Below are positions 1-12,869 of a stretch of DNA of 64,000 nt, piece by piece; position 1 is the first letter of the stretch, and each line of letters opens with the position of its first letter. Both the position numbers and the translations under genes were made by a program. The stretch lies in the NCBI GenBank assembly GCA_002633005.1, contig NMRA01000070.1, forward strand, positions 605,872-669,871, given 5' to 3'. A model generated the notes under the pieces. That model searched no databases and was not told the DNA's origin. It worked only from the letters and a program-made list of their open reading frames with translations. The DNA comes from Phoronis australis (lineage: Eukaryota; Animalia; Phoronida).

Positions 1-99
1 ACATAAAAATCCAAGCTCGTCACCCACGCCCTGTGAATACCAAACAATACCATATCCATATAAATATAATATATTTTCACTTCCAGAGCTTAACAGTTT

Positions 100-903
100 C
101 TGTTTTTCTTTGCCATTTCATATCGAACAGAATGGCACATTGTTACATATCTATTTGGTGCATTTTAAATAACTTTAACCAGAATTTTAACAATTTCATT
201 AGCTTTTCGTTCTCATAGTAATCCTTCCTAATTCACCTCGAGCAACAATATTTGAAGTAATCCGTCCAAGCCGTGACAGGAATTTACAAAACTTAGTGTG
301 CACTAAGTCAATGTCATTTTCCGCCAAATACTGAAGAATTGTAGGTAATTTTACATCAAATAACTTGACATACACATTAAATCTAGGCATGTACTTTTTC
401 AACAAGAATAACGCTTTAGGCGCTTGATCTGACCGACTTTCTGTGCACTTGTCCATACTTTGGGTGAAGTTAATGCCGAGAAATTTATATTCAGAAACCA
501 CTTCAAAGGCACAGCCATCAAAATGCCACGGCTAGTAATTTCTCAGTTATCCACCATTTCTAAAAACAATAATTTTGGTTTAAGACATGTTAAAAGTAAG
601 TTGCCATTTTTTACAATAATTATGTAAATTATAATCACCTGCAAATTCACAGCTGTCTTTGCAAACAAATTCAAGTGCTGGATATCTGTGGTGTAAAGGG
701 GCATTTGTCCGGACTGTGCCTCCAAGAGACTCAATTCCGTTTGAGAAGCGGATCGTTGATAATTCCAAACAACGTTTTTGGAGATCATTGACTGAAACAA
801 TGGTATCTGAAAGCTTATAATGAATGCAAACAGCCATTTCTGGAACATGATGCTCCGAAGTTAGCAAAATTTGGAATTTTTCTAAAGCCCTGTATAACCT
901 CAA
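100..903 (-). mobile_element. Degenerate non-LTR retrotransposon (LINE) fragment, C-terminal part of reverse transcriptase
   Basis: Minus-strand translation gives YCKKWQLTFNMSKTKIIVFRNGG, then EVVSEYKFLGINFT and ARGELGR across stops/frameshifts. The same motifs are present in the LINE at 61900-63736. Confidence 0.75.
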
Positions 904-1045
904 AACCTCTACGACACACTACGAGCTAAGTCTATGTATTTCAAAATTCCCTATGAAATTGAACGAGACGAACAAAATGAGTCTAGTGGCTGAATGATCA
1001 GGACCTTATGATCGTTTTGCTGTAAAACTATGAGTAGATGAGCCA

Positions 1046-1640
1046 GTGCCTTCTTGTAATTTAAATATGTTGAACTCGAGTTTTGAGCAAACTGGAAGGC
1101 GGTTGAAATTCCAGTTGAACCGGATTTGTGCTGTGATACATCGAGATAGACGAATCACCATCTTCTTCAGTCATCCAGGTACAAAAAATTACCAAAGCCG
1201 TGTGTGCGTCCTTGCATTCTCCAACGATAACTCGCGGATCATCGTTTCAATGACAGTACTGAAGAAACACTGGCAACCAAATGCCAAAAGCCTCAACGAG
1301 TTTGTGCACAAAATCAATTTAAACTGGACAATCTCCATCTTTATCATAAGCCGAGCCCACAGAGAACGGCCAGAGATGCGTCAAGAACAATGACACCAGT
1401 GGCTATATCATCATTTTCCCGACTACTGGATGTATTCTTTGCCCTGAACCGCCCGAATTACGCTAGATGGGTAACATTGTTTTACCAAAAGTTGAAGTTC
1501 GCAGACCCAATATTACATGAAGCGCTCAAACGGTGCGTTCTCAGAGCTACGTACAAGGAAGAATTTCAGTAGATCGACTGTTGACCTCTCTTTGGAACAG
1601 TCCGCATTTTTTATGTTTGATATGGTGTTATCCAAAAAGG
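1046..1640 (+). mobile_element. Remnant of a large putative DNA-transposon ORF common in marine invertebrates (FFALNRPNYARW motif)
   Basis: LLDVFFALNRPNYARWVTLF followed, after a frameshift, by NGAFS..RTRKNFSRSTVDLSLEQ. Motif order recalled from uncharacterised repeat-derived ORFs. Confidence 0.5.
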
Positions 1641-2887
1641 CCGAAAACACCTCTGGAATAATAGCCAATGTCACAATATCACTTGCCCCTCACTTACGGG
1701 AAATGTTGTGTCATTTACGAGACGTCTTTAAATTTACTTAAGGATTTTTTTTAGTCATCGCGTTACCGGGTATTGGCTACCAGTTTTTGAATGATCGATA
1801 GTCAATGAAGATTAAGACAAGTACAAACACCACGCCACCTGTTTTTATAAAACACCGTTATAAACAAACGACCAGTTTTAAAAAAGCAAAAATTTCATTC
1901 AAAAGTTTAATTTTTAAATGTCCATGAAAAATACACACAAAATAAGAAAATACTAAGAGCTGTTTTTCTCGATTTTACCAAGCATGCTGATTGATAAAAT
2001 TTCATAATGAGATTGTGGTTGTTGTCAATGATAAACTAGAGCGAAAATTGACCCAACGAACGCGTTTTTCAGTTTTCAACTAGATTATCCAGTTACTCTA
2101 ATAAAACAACAAAAAACCTCTATAACTGCACTTGCTGAGATGAGGAAAATGTTCAAAACTTATCAATTGCACGTTAAACTAAGAAAAAAATAATACGTTA
2201 GCTCCAGATGAAGATACTTGAAAATCGGGTTTCTAAGGTGTCGAATTGTCGCATTTTATTGATAGCGTCTCAATTCTTCCACTTCATGAAGTTAAAGGCA
2301 GGAACCGAGCACCTTTGTCACAGATTACCGTGAGGTCTTTTCCGTGTACGCTAAAGCGGCACTAGCAGACTTTGAACTGAAGGAGTTTTCAAAATTTCCT
2401 TGAAACTTTTGAGGGTTGTCAAGGGTTCCAGGACATTACAGGTATTTTGTTTCAGGAGGACAGGACGGGAAAGTCGTTTTTAGTATGTGAATTAATACTG
2501 AGCCATGCAATTCCGCGGGGTTCAGTCGGGTATCAGAGCTTATAGTAATAAACCCCGGTCTTCCAACACCGAAAGATGCGTGTCACACATAGGGTTTTAA
2601 TCACACCCGTAAACAAATGTTATGACAAGGGCCTTTTTCGCGGGCAACTATCAAATCATCAGCTAGACTAGTAGCCGGTGCTGGAGAAACCTCTTCAGAT
2701 CGAGGTTTTCAAATAAACTGAAGTCTAATGTTAATATGCGTTATGCATGTCGGGCGTGGTGAGCATTTCCGTACGATTCACCCTGATTCTACATTAGAAG
2801 TCATGTAGGGCTTTATTTCAGTACATCAGTACACGAATAAGTTTTACTAACATTGATGAAGTCTTTCAACTCGTCACGTGACAAATC

Positions 2888-3030
2888 CTGCCTCCCGTTC
2901 AGTAACGCTAGGACCTCGCTAAAAAGCAAGACTTCGCGAGATTACGTGAGAAATTGCCGTGTATTTTAAATAAGAGCACGTGACTTTTACTAAGTTTTAG
3001 CTAGGTCTAGCGTAGGTCCTAGCGTCTACT
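2888..3030. repeat. Small palindromic MITE-like repeat (CTAGGACCT motifs)
   Basis: cagtaacgctaggacct ... aggtcctagcgtctact form inverted ends. A shorter related copy lies in opposite orientation at ~19996-20071. Confidence 0.55.
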
Positions 3031-3050
3031 AATAATGCACCAGAACGTAT

Positions 3051-3226
3051 GTCACATGACCTCTAGCTAACCCGGAAGGAAGTTTAATGCTTCCTAAGCC
3101 AGAAATCGAAATTCGTCTTTGCTTTAGCACAATCTGGAAGAGAGTTTAGACTTTTTAATAGAAGAATGCGGATTATTTCAGAATATAGCCGTAAGACGAT
3201 GATACTCCCCGCTTCTGAATGTAAGT
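3051..3226 (+). promoter_or_regulatory. Putative promoter and first (probably non-coding) exon of the SH2 gene
   Basis: GTCACATGAC E-box-like palindrome (3051-3060), CCGGAAGGAAGT tandem ETS-like site (3072-3083) and consensus donor GTAAGT at 3221. Confidence 0.4.
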
Positions 3227-3334
3227 CGATTGATTAAATTATAGTGTTTGATTGACAATACCAACGAGCCTAGGGCCTAGCTGCCTTACTTACTACGCCT
3301 TCGCCGGGTTCATTGCCACCGACCGTCTCGACCA

Positions 3335-4051
3335 CAGGCGTCCTTAGCTTCTGATCCTCCCCAATACACTATATAATACTACAAGGTGTGACACTTCGGA
3401 CTAGAAATTCCACGGGTGCTTCACTTCAGCCGTCCATAGCAATTACCACAAAACTCAATAAATTTACATAAAACAGAAGTTCAACAAACCGTGAGGAATT
3501 TTTCTTTCTCCCAATACCATTTACGGTATCCTGCTCCACCAAGTTCGCAAGAAATTCGCTGTCAAAGCACAAAAACGTTCCCAAAAAGCCCACGCATCGA
3601 ACTTCGTTGGACAGTTCGAGGTCAAGGACGGTACGGCAACTGTCGATTTGTCACGGAGTGTCACGACATCGATAACTCCAAGACCATTTCGTAACCATCC
3701 GTGATGAACCGGCAATTGCCGTACATCCGTAACTCATCCGATAATTCCATACCGTCCTTGACCTCGAACCGTCCAAGGAGGCTCGATGCGTGGGCTTTTT
3801 GGGAACATATTTGTGATTTGACCATGAACTTCTTGCGAACTCATTGGAGCAGGATACCGTACTATTGGGAGAAAGAGAAAGAACAATTCCTCACGGTTTG
3901 TTGAACCTCTGTTTTGTGTAAATTTATTGAGTTTTGTGTTTGCTATATGGACAGCTGAAGTGAAGCACCCGTGGAATTTCTAGTCCGAAGTGTCATACCT
4001 TGTAGTATTATATGTAGTGTATTGGGGATGATCAGAAGCTGAGGACAACTG
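3335..4051. mobile_element. Foldback/MITE element: near-complete ~717-bp palindrome
   Basis: 3335-3636 is the imperfect reverse complement of 3747-4051. An inner pair (3631-3666 vs 3689-3724) leaves only a ~20-bp loop. Confidence 0.85.
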
Positions 4052-4765
4052 GCCATTTTTAACACTGCACGCGCCAGAAGATATAAACCTGTTCGGTAAT
4101 TTCTCTTATTATGCATAAATTTCAAAACATTCAAAGATGGCTAATATTTACTTTTCAATTTTACATTCATGCGTTACCTTACTTGTTGTTCGTTCTTTAA
4201 CTAACTCGTAATCTAAACAGGCGCTTTGGTTTATGGCTGTAATTATCTCATCCAGTATGTGTTTAGAAAAGCCCATGAATAATTGACTGGCGCACTTCAG
4301 TCCATGACGGCACCGTCAAGCCTTTGATGTGCCTAGGACTTCGCTGGATACTCTGTTGGTAAACAGTGCATGTTTTCTCGTCCACTTGCGTGCAAATCCT
4401 GCAAGCATAAGATTTGCCTAATGAAGGGATCATTTTCACCAGCAGTTAGATTGTTTCCTTGCTACACAGTTCGCTTTTAAGTGAAAAATGATGTTGGACT
4501 CATTCACTCTGCTATTGAGTAATGCCACGAAGCAAAGGCCTATTACTTCTGCGTACGTGTTCTTTGTTGTAAGCGGTCTGGCTACAAAAGTGCTAGCGAA
4601 AATTCCAGTAGTTTTGGGTTAGCTCAAACTGTCTGCAAAAGTGACATTCCAATCATTACAGGTGTTTTTGCGAAATGTTCCGGTGGAAAACCTTTGATTT
4701 TAGCCAGTTTGTGAATGGGGTATATGAAACAATTCCTAAAATATGCAGTTTCTTTGGAATCCATA

Positions 4766-5253
4766 CAGGCCTTTATGCAGCGTATGTCCTCCAAATGGAC
4801 GCCCTAGCACTAATCTGAAGGTCCTGGCAAGGACGCCCAATGTATCATTTGGAGGCTACTGTCAATAGGAACCTTTCAAGTTTGGACTCACAGGTGGTAA
4901 TGAATATTAGGAAGCCTCTGAAGGCTCACAGTGGGGGCTGTTTTTTCAAAGCAGGAAGAAATGTACAATGTATATGCAAAGTATATACAATGTTGCTATG
5001 CTCACACTTGGTTGATAGCATTGTAAAAGTCTTGGTTTTTCAGTTTTTTTTTAGAAAAATGCTCACTACAGAAGGCTGTTTTGTAAACTTAAATGTAAAA
5101 ACCTTGGTCTATGCATTTTTTGTAAAAAAATGTGTATGTCTGGGGGGATTGCTGGGGGTGGGGGGGGGGTTATACGTCGGAATCATGGACGCCCTGGAAA
5201 ATTGGGAACCCCCTTTTGGACACTCTATTTTCGAAATCCTGGATAAAGGCCTG
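4766..5253. mobile_element. hAT-type MITE with perfect 8-bp TSD
   Basis: TIRs CAGGCCTTTATGCAG / CTGGATAAAGGCCTG. AATCCATA is duplicated at 4758-4765 and 5254-5261. Confidence 0.9.
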
Positions 5254-5295
5254 AATCCATACACGTTGTTTTTCATTTTAGAAATTGCTGCTAAT

Positions 5296-5349
5296 ATGGA
5301 GCCAACACATTTAGCCTACTATCACCCAGAGATTTCATCACCAGATGGG
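5296..5349 (+). CDS. SH2-WW adaptor gene, coding exon 1 (MEPTHLAYYHPEISSPDG)
   Basis: Acceptor tttcattttag ends at 5281, ATG at 5296, donor GTGAGT at 5350 (phase 0). YYHPEIS resembles the SH2 N-terminal WYHGxIS motif. Confidence 0.75.
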
Positions 5350-7793
5350 GTGAGTGCTATTTGTAACATACTTATTTTGTAAAGTCTCATTAAATTCCAA
5401 TGACGCACTCAAGAACTCACAGAATGATGAGATTCCCGATTCAGGTATTATGTTGCCAGGTACATAGCCAGTAGTATTTGATTCATTACTTTATACCAAT
5501 CTGTCGTAACTAGTAATTGGGTAACGTGATCGTGTCTTTGTGGTAGAATTTAGCTAAAAGAAAGGTGCAATGGTATCAGTGACAGTTGATACAAATGTTC
5601 TAGGTGAAGTTGCCAAAATGCTTTTACAGTTTTCTAAATTATTTTTTGTTTTAGACAATTTTTGATTTTTTATAAAAACATAAAAATTCTACTTTTCATA
5701 GCACCTCATGTGAAACTGGAACATTTAAGAAGCAATTTCTAATAGTGTTTTGGTGACCAGGCATAGTAATTGAAAGTTTCAAATGAATCTGATTTGTCAT
5801 TTCTGTAATGTGATGCTCCGTATTTCTGGGGTCTAATCTTGCATAACGTCGTGTTTGTTTGAAGTTGAACTTTTTTGGCGAACGCAACTGTCTCAATTAC
5901 ATACATTTTGAAGGCTGGATGTTCACTTTGGTAACTAGCCCATTCTTTGATGGTGACAAGTGGTAATTGTAAAAGGAGGTTCCCCATAATTTTTCTTTGT
6001 TACATTTTGCTGCTTTCATAACGAGGCATCCTTCATGGAGTACTGCAAAGATACTTTGGTTCATGATTTTCTCAAGACCCAAGCCTGGCTCACATTCATT
6101 CAAGAGCAGGAACTTGCAAGATTGGCTTGGTTATGTTTATCAAAGCAATCTGTCTTCACTGAAATTGACACATCATGTGGTTTATGCTTATATAGCTTGT
6201 ATTGAATTTTCTATCTCATAATGTAGTTGACATCCATCTGGTGGTCTGTTTCCTGACGGTGGCTTATGATTTAAGACTGGAATTTGGTATCTTACACTCC
6301 CAGTTCACACTTTCCAAATAAAAGTTTAGTTGTTTTGGTATCACTGCTTGTAAGTTATTTGTACAAATTTTCCCAGTTAGTTATAGTAGTTATTGGGTTT
6401 TCTCAGAATAATACTTAGTCCTTTTGTTAAAGCGAATTTTATTTTTCAGAAATAGTTATGTGAAGCTCTAAACCAAGTTTCTATCGCTTAAGAATTTTTA
6501 CGACACAGGCCTCAGGACATTTGTTACGAATCAGAAATCCAAGATTCTGTAGAGCTTGTGAGCTTTCCAAAATTTGTCACATCATTTTTGTCGCGAACTC
6601 AATATTTCCAGGTGGTGCTTATAGTAAAGGCCCCTCTTTTTAGCATCTGAATAAATTGAGAACAGAAAGTAGTTCATTAGAATGGGTGCGTCTGTGGGGT
6701 ATTTGGTCTTGCGTGACTTACCTGAAGGCATACACTGATACAGGTATAATCGTTATCTCATTAGTGGCACCCTGTGAAGTTCTAGTCACCCATCCCTGCT
6801 GATTGTGCAAGCTCTGTCATACCAAGAAAAACTGAAGTGTAGATTGATAAACGTATTACACATTCCTGATGTCAATTAGATAGGAAGGGAAAAGGAACTG
6901 TAGATCATATTACAAATGGACGTTTACATTCCACTCAAACCTTCCCTTCAACATGTTTCTTCAAATTAAGGTAACTGTCAACATTGTGCAACCTTATCAT
7001 GTTTCATCCAATAACTTTAAAATTTGTATTTTCAACCCATAGAGGTATGTTTTTGAATAATGACTGAAAATCTCAATTCGTGACTTGAAATGTCAAACGA
7101 TCCTTTACAATAACGTGAATGCCATGTTTTGGGAAAATTGTGGTTTTTGCTTTCATTATGAATTTGTAAAGAATTTCTAATTTCCGAAGGTAACTACGCG
7201 AGCCTTTGTTTTTCAAATATTCTCGTCATGTCGGTACACTGGGTTCTGTGCTTCACACAAGGTTCTGTGCTTCAGATTATTAATTTACCATCAAACAACA
7301 TACACATCAGTTGTTAAATTCCCGTATGAAAACAATGTCCCAATAGTCTTCACTTTTGATGGCCAATATCCCTGTTGTTTGAACAAAAATAAATTATCTG
7401 AGACATGACAAAATGCTTGTTAACCCATGGGGTGCAAGCTTTAAAAAAGGGAAAGGACAGTTTAATTTTATTTTCAGTACTTTATTTATTGCAAAGTTTG
7501 TATGCTATTTTTGTTACTGAAACACATACTGTAAAACTGTGAAGCCTCTCAAAAGTATAAGCTATTTGTCAGCGATTGACACTACTATTGTCTCAAATTG
7601 AAAAAAATTACCAAGAGCAAACACAAACTTGAGGGTGGGCTTGAATCGTTACAGAAATGGGTAACGACACATTTAATACTTGTTATTTTACAAATTTTAA
7701 GGTTATTGGTAATGTTGCAAGTAACATGGGGAGTTATCATATTGCCTAAGGCCTTGTTAGCATTAACTGTAAAATATTATTAATCTTACGCAG

Positions 7794-7882
7794 GCCAAGA
7801 TATATTTATTGGACCACATGGAACATGGATCATTCATACTCCGGAGAAGTACTAAAGAGAAACAGTACACACTGTCCATTGT
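7794..7882 (+). CDS. SH2-WW adaptor gene, coding exon 2 (AKIYLLDHMEHGSFILRRSTKEKQYTLSIV)
   Basis: cag acceptor ends at 7793 and GTAAGT donor starts at 7883 (phase 2). Contains the SH2 core GSFILRRS (FLVRES) and YTLS motifs. Not found by the ORF track. Confidence 0.9.
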
Positions 7883-8377
7883 GTAAGTTCCGTGTTTGAC
7901 ATTTACTCGTGTTGGTAATTGGCCATTTTCGGACATAGCAGCCACTGTCTTTTTCACAGGTATTTCTCGGCTGTGCGAAATGTATGGAGCATGATGTCTT
8001 TGTTTAACCATTCATATTTCAAAAGGTTTACCTTTTTTGCATGAAATTACTACAGCAATGGCAATTTTCTGGCATTATTTTAGCAGGAACGGTGTTAAAA
8101 CACTGTTTATACCACTAAGTTGAAACCTACTGTTTGCATTACATACAATCTATAGGTGGCACTGAACACCTGTCCACCAAAGACCTGATTGCTGTGTGGC
8201 AGTGAATTTCGATAAAAAGTCAGCTATTGATTTTAATTTAGTCGTGACATTTGCCCAATATATTTCTGGGAGTGGTGTCAACAGAATTCGCTGTCTTTAC
8301 CACTCACTGCAACTAAAGTGCAAAGCCTCTTGTGAACATACGCACAAAGTTCCACTATTTACTGAGATAATTTCTAC

Positions 8378-8501
8378 AAATTAGTTATGAACTGTCTGTC
8401 ATGCACTCATAATTACTATAAATTAGTTATGAACTGTCTGTCATGCACTCATAATTACTATAAATTAGTTATGAACTGTCTGTCATTCACTCATAATTAC
8501 T
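8378..8501. repeat. Minisatellite, ~3 x 42 bp
   Basis: aaattagttatgaactgtctgtcatgcactcataattactat repeats at 8378, 8420 and 8462. Confidence 0.95.
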
Positions 8502-9029
8502 CGGCTGAACATTGTTTCAACAATTGTAACACTAAATTTGTGCCGTAAGTCTTAAGTCACTTTCATGAAACAGGTAAAAATGTAGCGCATTAATGCAATT
8601 CACTGTTGCGGATTCTTGTTCTTTTAATGCCAGCCGAGTTGAAACATAGAGAATCATTTATTAGAAGTTTGACTGCACATCATGCCTTTGATATGAAGGC
8701 AGGCACTTGATTTATTTTATATGACTGGCTTTTAGAAAAAGGAAATCATCCACTGGATGTTCAGTATTGTTTCAAAAACATTTTAATTCCTAAGTTTACA
8801 TTCAGGTTCAGTGAGCAGTCAGTGCACTTTAGTTTTACTCCTAAGCGGACGTCATGGCTCACCAATTATTGTGTTCTCTCAGGCTATTTTTCCTATCTCA
8901 CGTATAACATTTTATTTTTCATGAACCACGTTTTTTATGACAAAGGTCACAGAGCATTATTTTGTTTTTGAATAGCTGTAAAAGACACTACCTTTCAAAA
9001 GTGAATGAGGCAGATAAGGTAGCTGTTAT

Positions 9030-9510
9030 TGGACCCGAGAAAAAGAAATTCTTTTCTCTTGGTTACACAGAGCTAAGTAGTATAAAACTGAAATGTCTAT
9101 TAGACGCCTTATTCATTGCATAGACCCAGCAGTTAAACTGATAGTTGTTTTCAAACCTCTTGGGAAACTTTCCAATATGCTGTGTAAACTGAAGTTACCC
9201 ATCCCTTTATTGAACAATTGATAGCAATGTTGTTTATAAGGTTGAATGTGACAACTGTTAAGGAATTCTATATCGGACTCACACAGAGACGCCTCTGTGA
9301 CAGGGTGAAAAAACATCACACCTCAGAGAAAAGCAACATATATAGGCATTGTGTTAGCAACAATCACCAAGCCAATTCATTTAGTAGTATCTGCAGAGAA
9401 ACTAATAAGAAATTACTGCACATTAAAGAGTCATTGGCCATTCAGAACCAGCATGCTACTGATTCTCTGAATAACATGTAGAGCTCAGTGACCCTGTAAC
9501 TATGGTGATG
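9030..9510 (+). mobile_element. Penelope-like retroelement remnant (GIY-YIG endonuclease end)
   Basis: FYIGLTQRRLCDRVKKH...SNIYRHC...LHIKESLAI...LN matches the YIGxTxRxLxxRxxEH GIY-YIG pattern. Confidence 0.75.
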
Positions 9511-9599
9511 ACCAGCTACTGACCATATTTTCTGTATCTCTCACTTCACTTTTTTTTCATTCACGCATGCACACCTCAGGAAGACCATTCTCAAATCTC

Positions 9600-10070
9600 G
9601 TTTAAAGTAAATATCTTCTACATGAAGTTAACATGAACAATCAAATTTTCCCATTTCACAGAGAAGCTGTCATATACAAAGTTTTTATGTGCATTTAATT
9701 TTTCAGCATTGTAGTATTCATAAGTTTTTGTAACGAACTTGAGAAAATTAGGTAATATATTTTTGTGACATCTCTCCTTGTAAATGTACTGTTTAGCTAG
9801 TAGAAGCAAAATGTTAAATAAAAAATCATGCGTCTTGTAAAGTCCAAGAATAACACTATCGTAAGACAGACAGTTGGGAAGCTGAATGCCACACTTTTGA
9901 AGTAGTTTTTAATCTTACTATGGCCAAAAACTGATTTAATTTTAGAGAGCTGGATGGGAAAGTCGTGATTAATATCTGTCAATGTGCCAAAACCGGATTC
10001 AGTATACTTTCTGAGTTGTTTTGTTGAGAAATTTTGTGGAAATAAAATTCCATGAGTTCATGATCATGTA
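9600..10070 (-). mobile_element. L1/Tx1-like LINE 3' end remnant
   Basis: LLLAKQYIYKERC...EYYNA...FSVKWE is typical of the ORF2 C-terminus. Fragmented. Confidence 0.55.
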
Positions 10071-10232
10071 ACCACAGGCTAAAGAATTTTTACTGAAATT
10101 CTGACACAAAACAACCGGATGTGTGCTCTATGTTTCCTGCAAATTAACCTGAGGCTATGTTGTCTGCAGGTCAGTACGTTGGTGACATTTTTGCAGTCTC
10201 CACTATAATCACATTGATGGCTTCTTTTGCAG

Positions 10233-11064
10233 GTATTCTGAGAAGATGATTCACCATGTTACCATACAGAGGAACGACTCTAAGTTTTATTTGGTCAGCA
10301 ACCAGGAATTCGACTCTATTGACCAACTAGTGAGCTTCTACAAGTCTTCGGATATTCCTAATACCAAATATGAATCACTCCGTCTTGTGCATGGCATTGG
10401 CGTTGAAAAAACAGCACCCCCTCCAAGGCCCCCTAAACCAATAAGAAATAAGAGCTCAACAGTAGATGACACATCTTTGCTCTTGCCACATTCAGACAAC
10501 AAAAGTGAGTTAAAAAATGTTGCATCGTACAACTTTTGTGATCATCAGCGTGAGAATTATCCACCAAGACCGTCGGAACCCAAACCCCCCATGAATGTAC
10601 CTGCTAATTCTCATCATATGAAGCCGTTGCCATTACCCAGTGAGAGCACAGCTGTGTCGTGCTCTTTGTTATCCAACTACATCAAATCTCACGAAGATGA
10701 CAGCTATTATAGCACACATTATTCCCGAGTGGATACTGGCCAGAAGGACAGAACCCATGAGTTGATCAAGATGTTGGACGAGCTTGATCAACTCGAACTG
10801 CAGACCCTGAGATGTGAGTGTGGGATTTACCATAAGGACTCTCAGCTGCCAGACGGCTGGACGGTACACCGAAGCCAGGATCCAGGGACAGAGGGTCAAC
10901 TGTTTTTCACTTCATCAGATGGTGTGACTACCAGTTGGACATTGCCGGACAAAGTCTGGTACAAACTGGCCCCTGAACATGTGGAGATCTTAACACAGCT
11001 GGCCAAACAAAATGATGTCCCCCTGCCTGCACCAGTCAAGTACCTTCAGTCTCGTCAATTTTGA
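10233..11064 (+). CDS. SH2-WW adaptor gene, terminal exon: SH2 C-terminal half, Pro-rich/Tyr linker, WW-like domain (whole CDS join 5296-5349,7794-7882,10233-11064; 324 aa)
   Basis: Acceptor ttttgcag ends at 10232; its phase matches exon 2. IHHVTIQR...FDSIDQLVSFY completes the SH2 domain. PPPRPPKP and YPPRPSEPKPP follow. LPDGWTVH...QLFF...TTSWTLP fits the WW pattern. Confidence 0.9.
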
Positions 11065-11647
11065 AATGAGTAATCTACTTGTCAAATTGTTGAACAAGTT
11101 AAATAATGAGCGTGGCTGCTGAAATGTAGTAAAATATTCCTCATGTTTCCAGCGGTGTGCTCTTTATCAAGTGCATGACACAGCAGTCTGCATCATCCCC
11201 TGTTAGAGAGCGTGCTGTACAACGCGGAATGGCATGGATGACTGTCTGTGATTTATATTGCTGGGCGGCTGGCTTCCTTAAACATGTTCAGCTGCCACCT
11301 CTCTGACCTGTTTGACAATAGGTAGTGTAACTCAATCAATTTAAAGGAAATATGGAACCCTACAAAATTGATAGTATGGCCATGCCTAAAATGTAAATGT
11401 CTGACAACAGATGGAAAGGTTCAGGCCAAAAGATTATTAACACTATTTGATTTTCTTAAACTGGCTGTAAACTTGCCTTCCATCATAAAAATTGGTTTTT
11501 GGTTCAGACCACTTACCCATATTAAATTCACCCTGATAGCAAGTAGCAGCATGTGTTAATAAAAACAACTCCCCTATAACTGACTGTGTCTGTGTGTCAT
11601 TACTTGTTGTTGGTCCTAGCAAGGTGGCCACTGTTTTTTCTTCTGAT

Positions 11648-11926
11648 CATGGGCGCACCCAGGGCAGACTGGGGGGGGGCTCGAAAAAGCCCCCCAATTT
11701 GGCGAATTGGGCAAAAAAGGTCCACCTCAGTGAAACAAAAAATCCGAGTAAACGAGACAAAAGTCCAGGAAGACCACAGAAATTCGACGCAGATGGACAA
11801 TTCGCAATTGGTAGGCCTGAAGCTAGTGGCCCCGTTTTTTTTTAGTCCTCGTTGATTTTTTTCAGTAAAAGGTCCGCATACCGAAAAATTCGAGCCCCCC
11901 TATATTTTAGGCTGGATGCACGCATG
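11648..11926. mobile_element. hAT-like MITE (CATGCGCGCACCCAG family)
   Basis: catgggcgcacccag ... ctggatgcacgcatg TIRs, with a degenerate 8-bp TSD (cttctgat/ctgatgat). Related copies at ~18334-18548 and ~19342-19590. Confidence 0.7.
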
Positions 11927-12869
11927 CTGATGATGGTGTTTCAATAAACGCTGAAACATGTCAAGCCAGTTTAAGTCCGTTCTTGTTTTTATTAACGTTA
12001 TAAAAAAGCTTTTTTTGCGGAAATACACCGAGATGGACCTTTTTCCTCTGTTCAGTTTCACTGCTCAGTGATTTTACCGTTGGCTTGGGGTGACGGTTGG
12101 CTCCCTGTAAACCAGAAGATCTTAGGGAAATTATTTTGGTTTAACAAGGTGCAAATTGTGGTAACGCTGGTTAAGGACATCGGTACGATGTAACCATTTG
12201 TTGATGTCATGAAAGACGGCTAGAGTCAATGTGACAAAATCAAATATTAAAAATTTAAGTCATTACAGATGTTCTGAATATGAGTTGTGCGAGTGTTTTG
12301 CTACTGATATGTGGGATGCAATGCACTGCTGCTAGATTAAGGTTGAAGTCACTGATTTAATATTATCTTTTGTAGTCTTTATTTCTGTTTCTGTTGACAA
12401 TGGACGTTATTACATCCGAAAATTTCAGTTGATCCATTCTTGTTGTTTTATTTACCTATTTAGCTTTTTAGAGTATGTTTTGTGTTTTTAAATTTCAGGA
12501 ATGGTAGAATTAACACATCAAATCTAATAGGACACCTGATATGTTTGTAGTTTTAACACATTATTTGAATATAGAATTGAATGAATGAATTGAAATTGTT
12601 CTTTCGATCGTTTTTAAACTTGTAGCATATGCGCCCTGCTAATTACCACAAAAAACATTAAGTTTAAAAAATGGTACAAACCATAATCCTCTTTTTTATT
12701 CGCCTATTACTTATATGTGAGTGCATATAGACCGGCAGCCCAAAGCACTTAGCAAAGGTGAACGAGGTACCAAAATCTGACCATCGGAGCACGGAAATTG
12801 ATGTCTGCACTCTGGGTGCTTCTTCCTCTTCAGGGTTCCCAGCCACGTAGCTTAGTCAGTCTGGTCTTT

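Noticed and set aside
4840-5382. 180-aa ORF as a gene
   Set aside because: Mostly inside a TSD-flanked MITE. Only 5296-5349 is a real exon, and the ORF reads through its donor.
4200-6200. Possible SWIM/YqaJ-like transposon ORF vestiges on the minus strand (4200-4720, 5700-6200)
   Set aside because: Only a few short motif resemblances among many stops; not supportable without a search.
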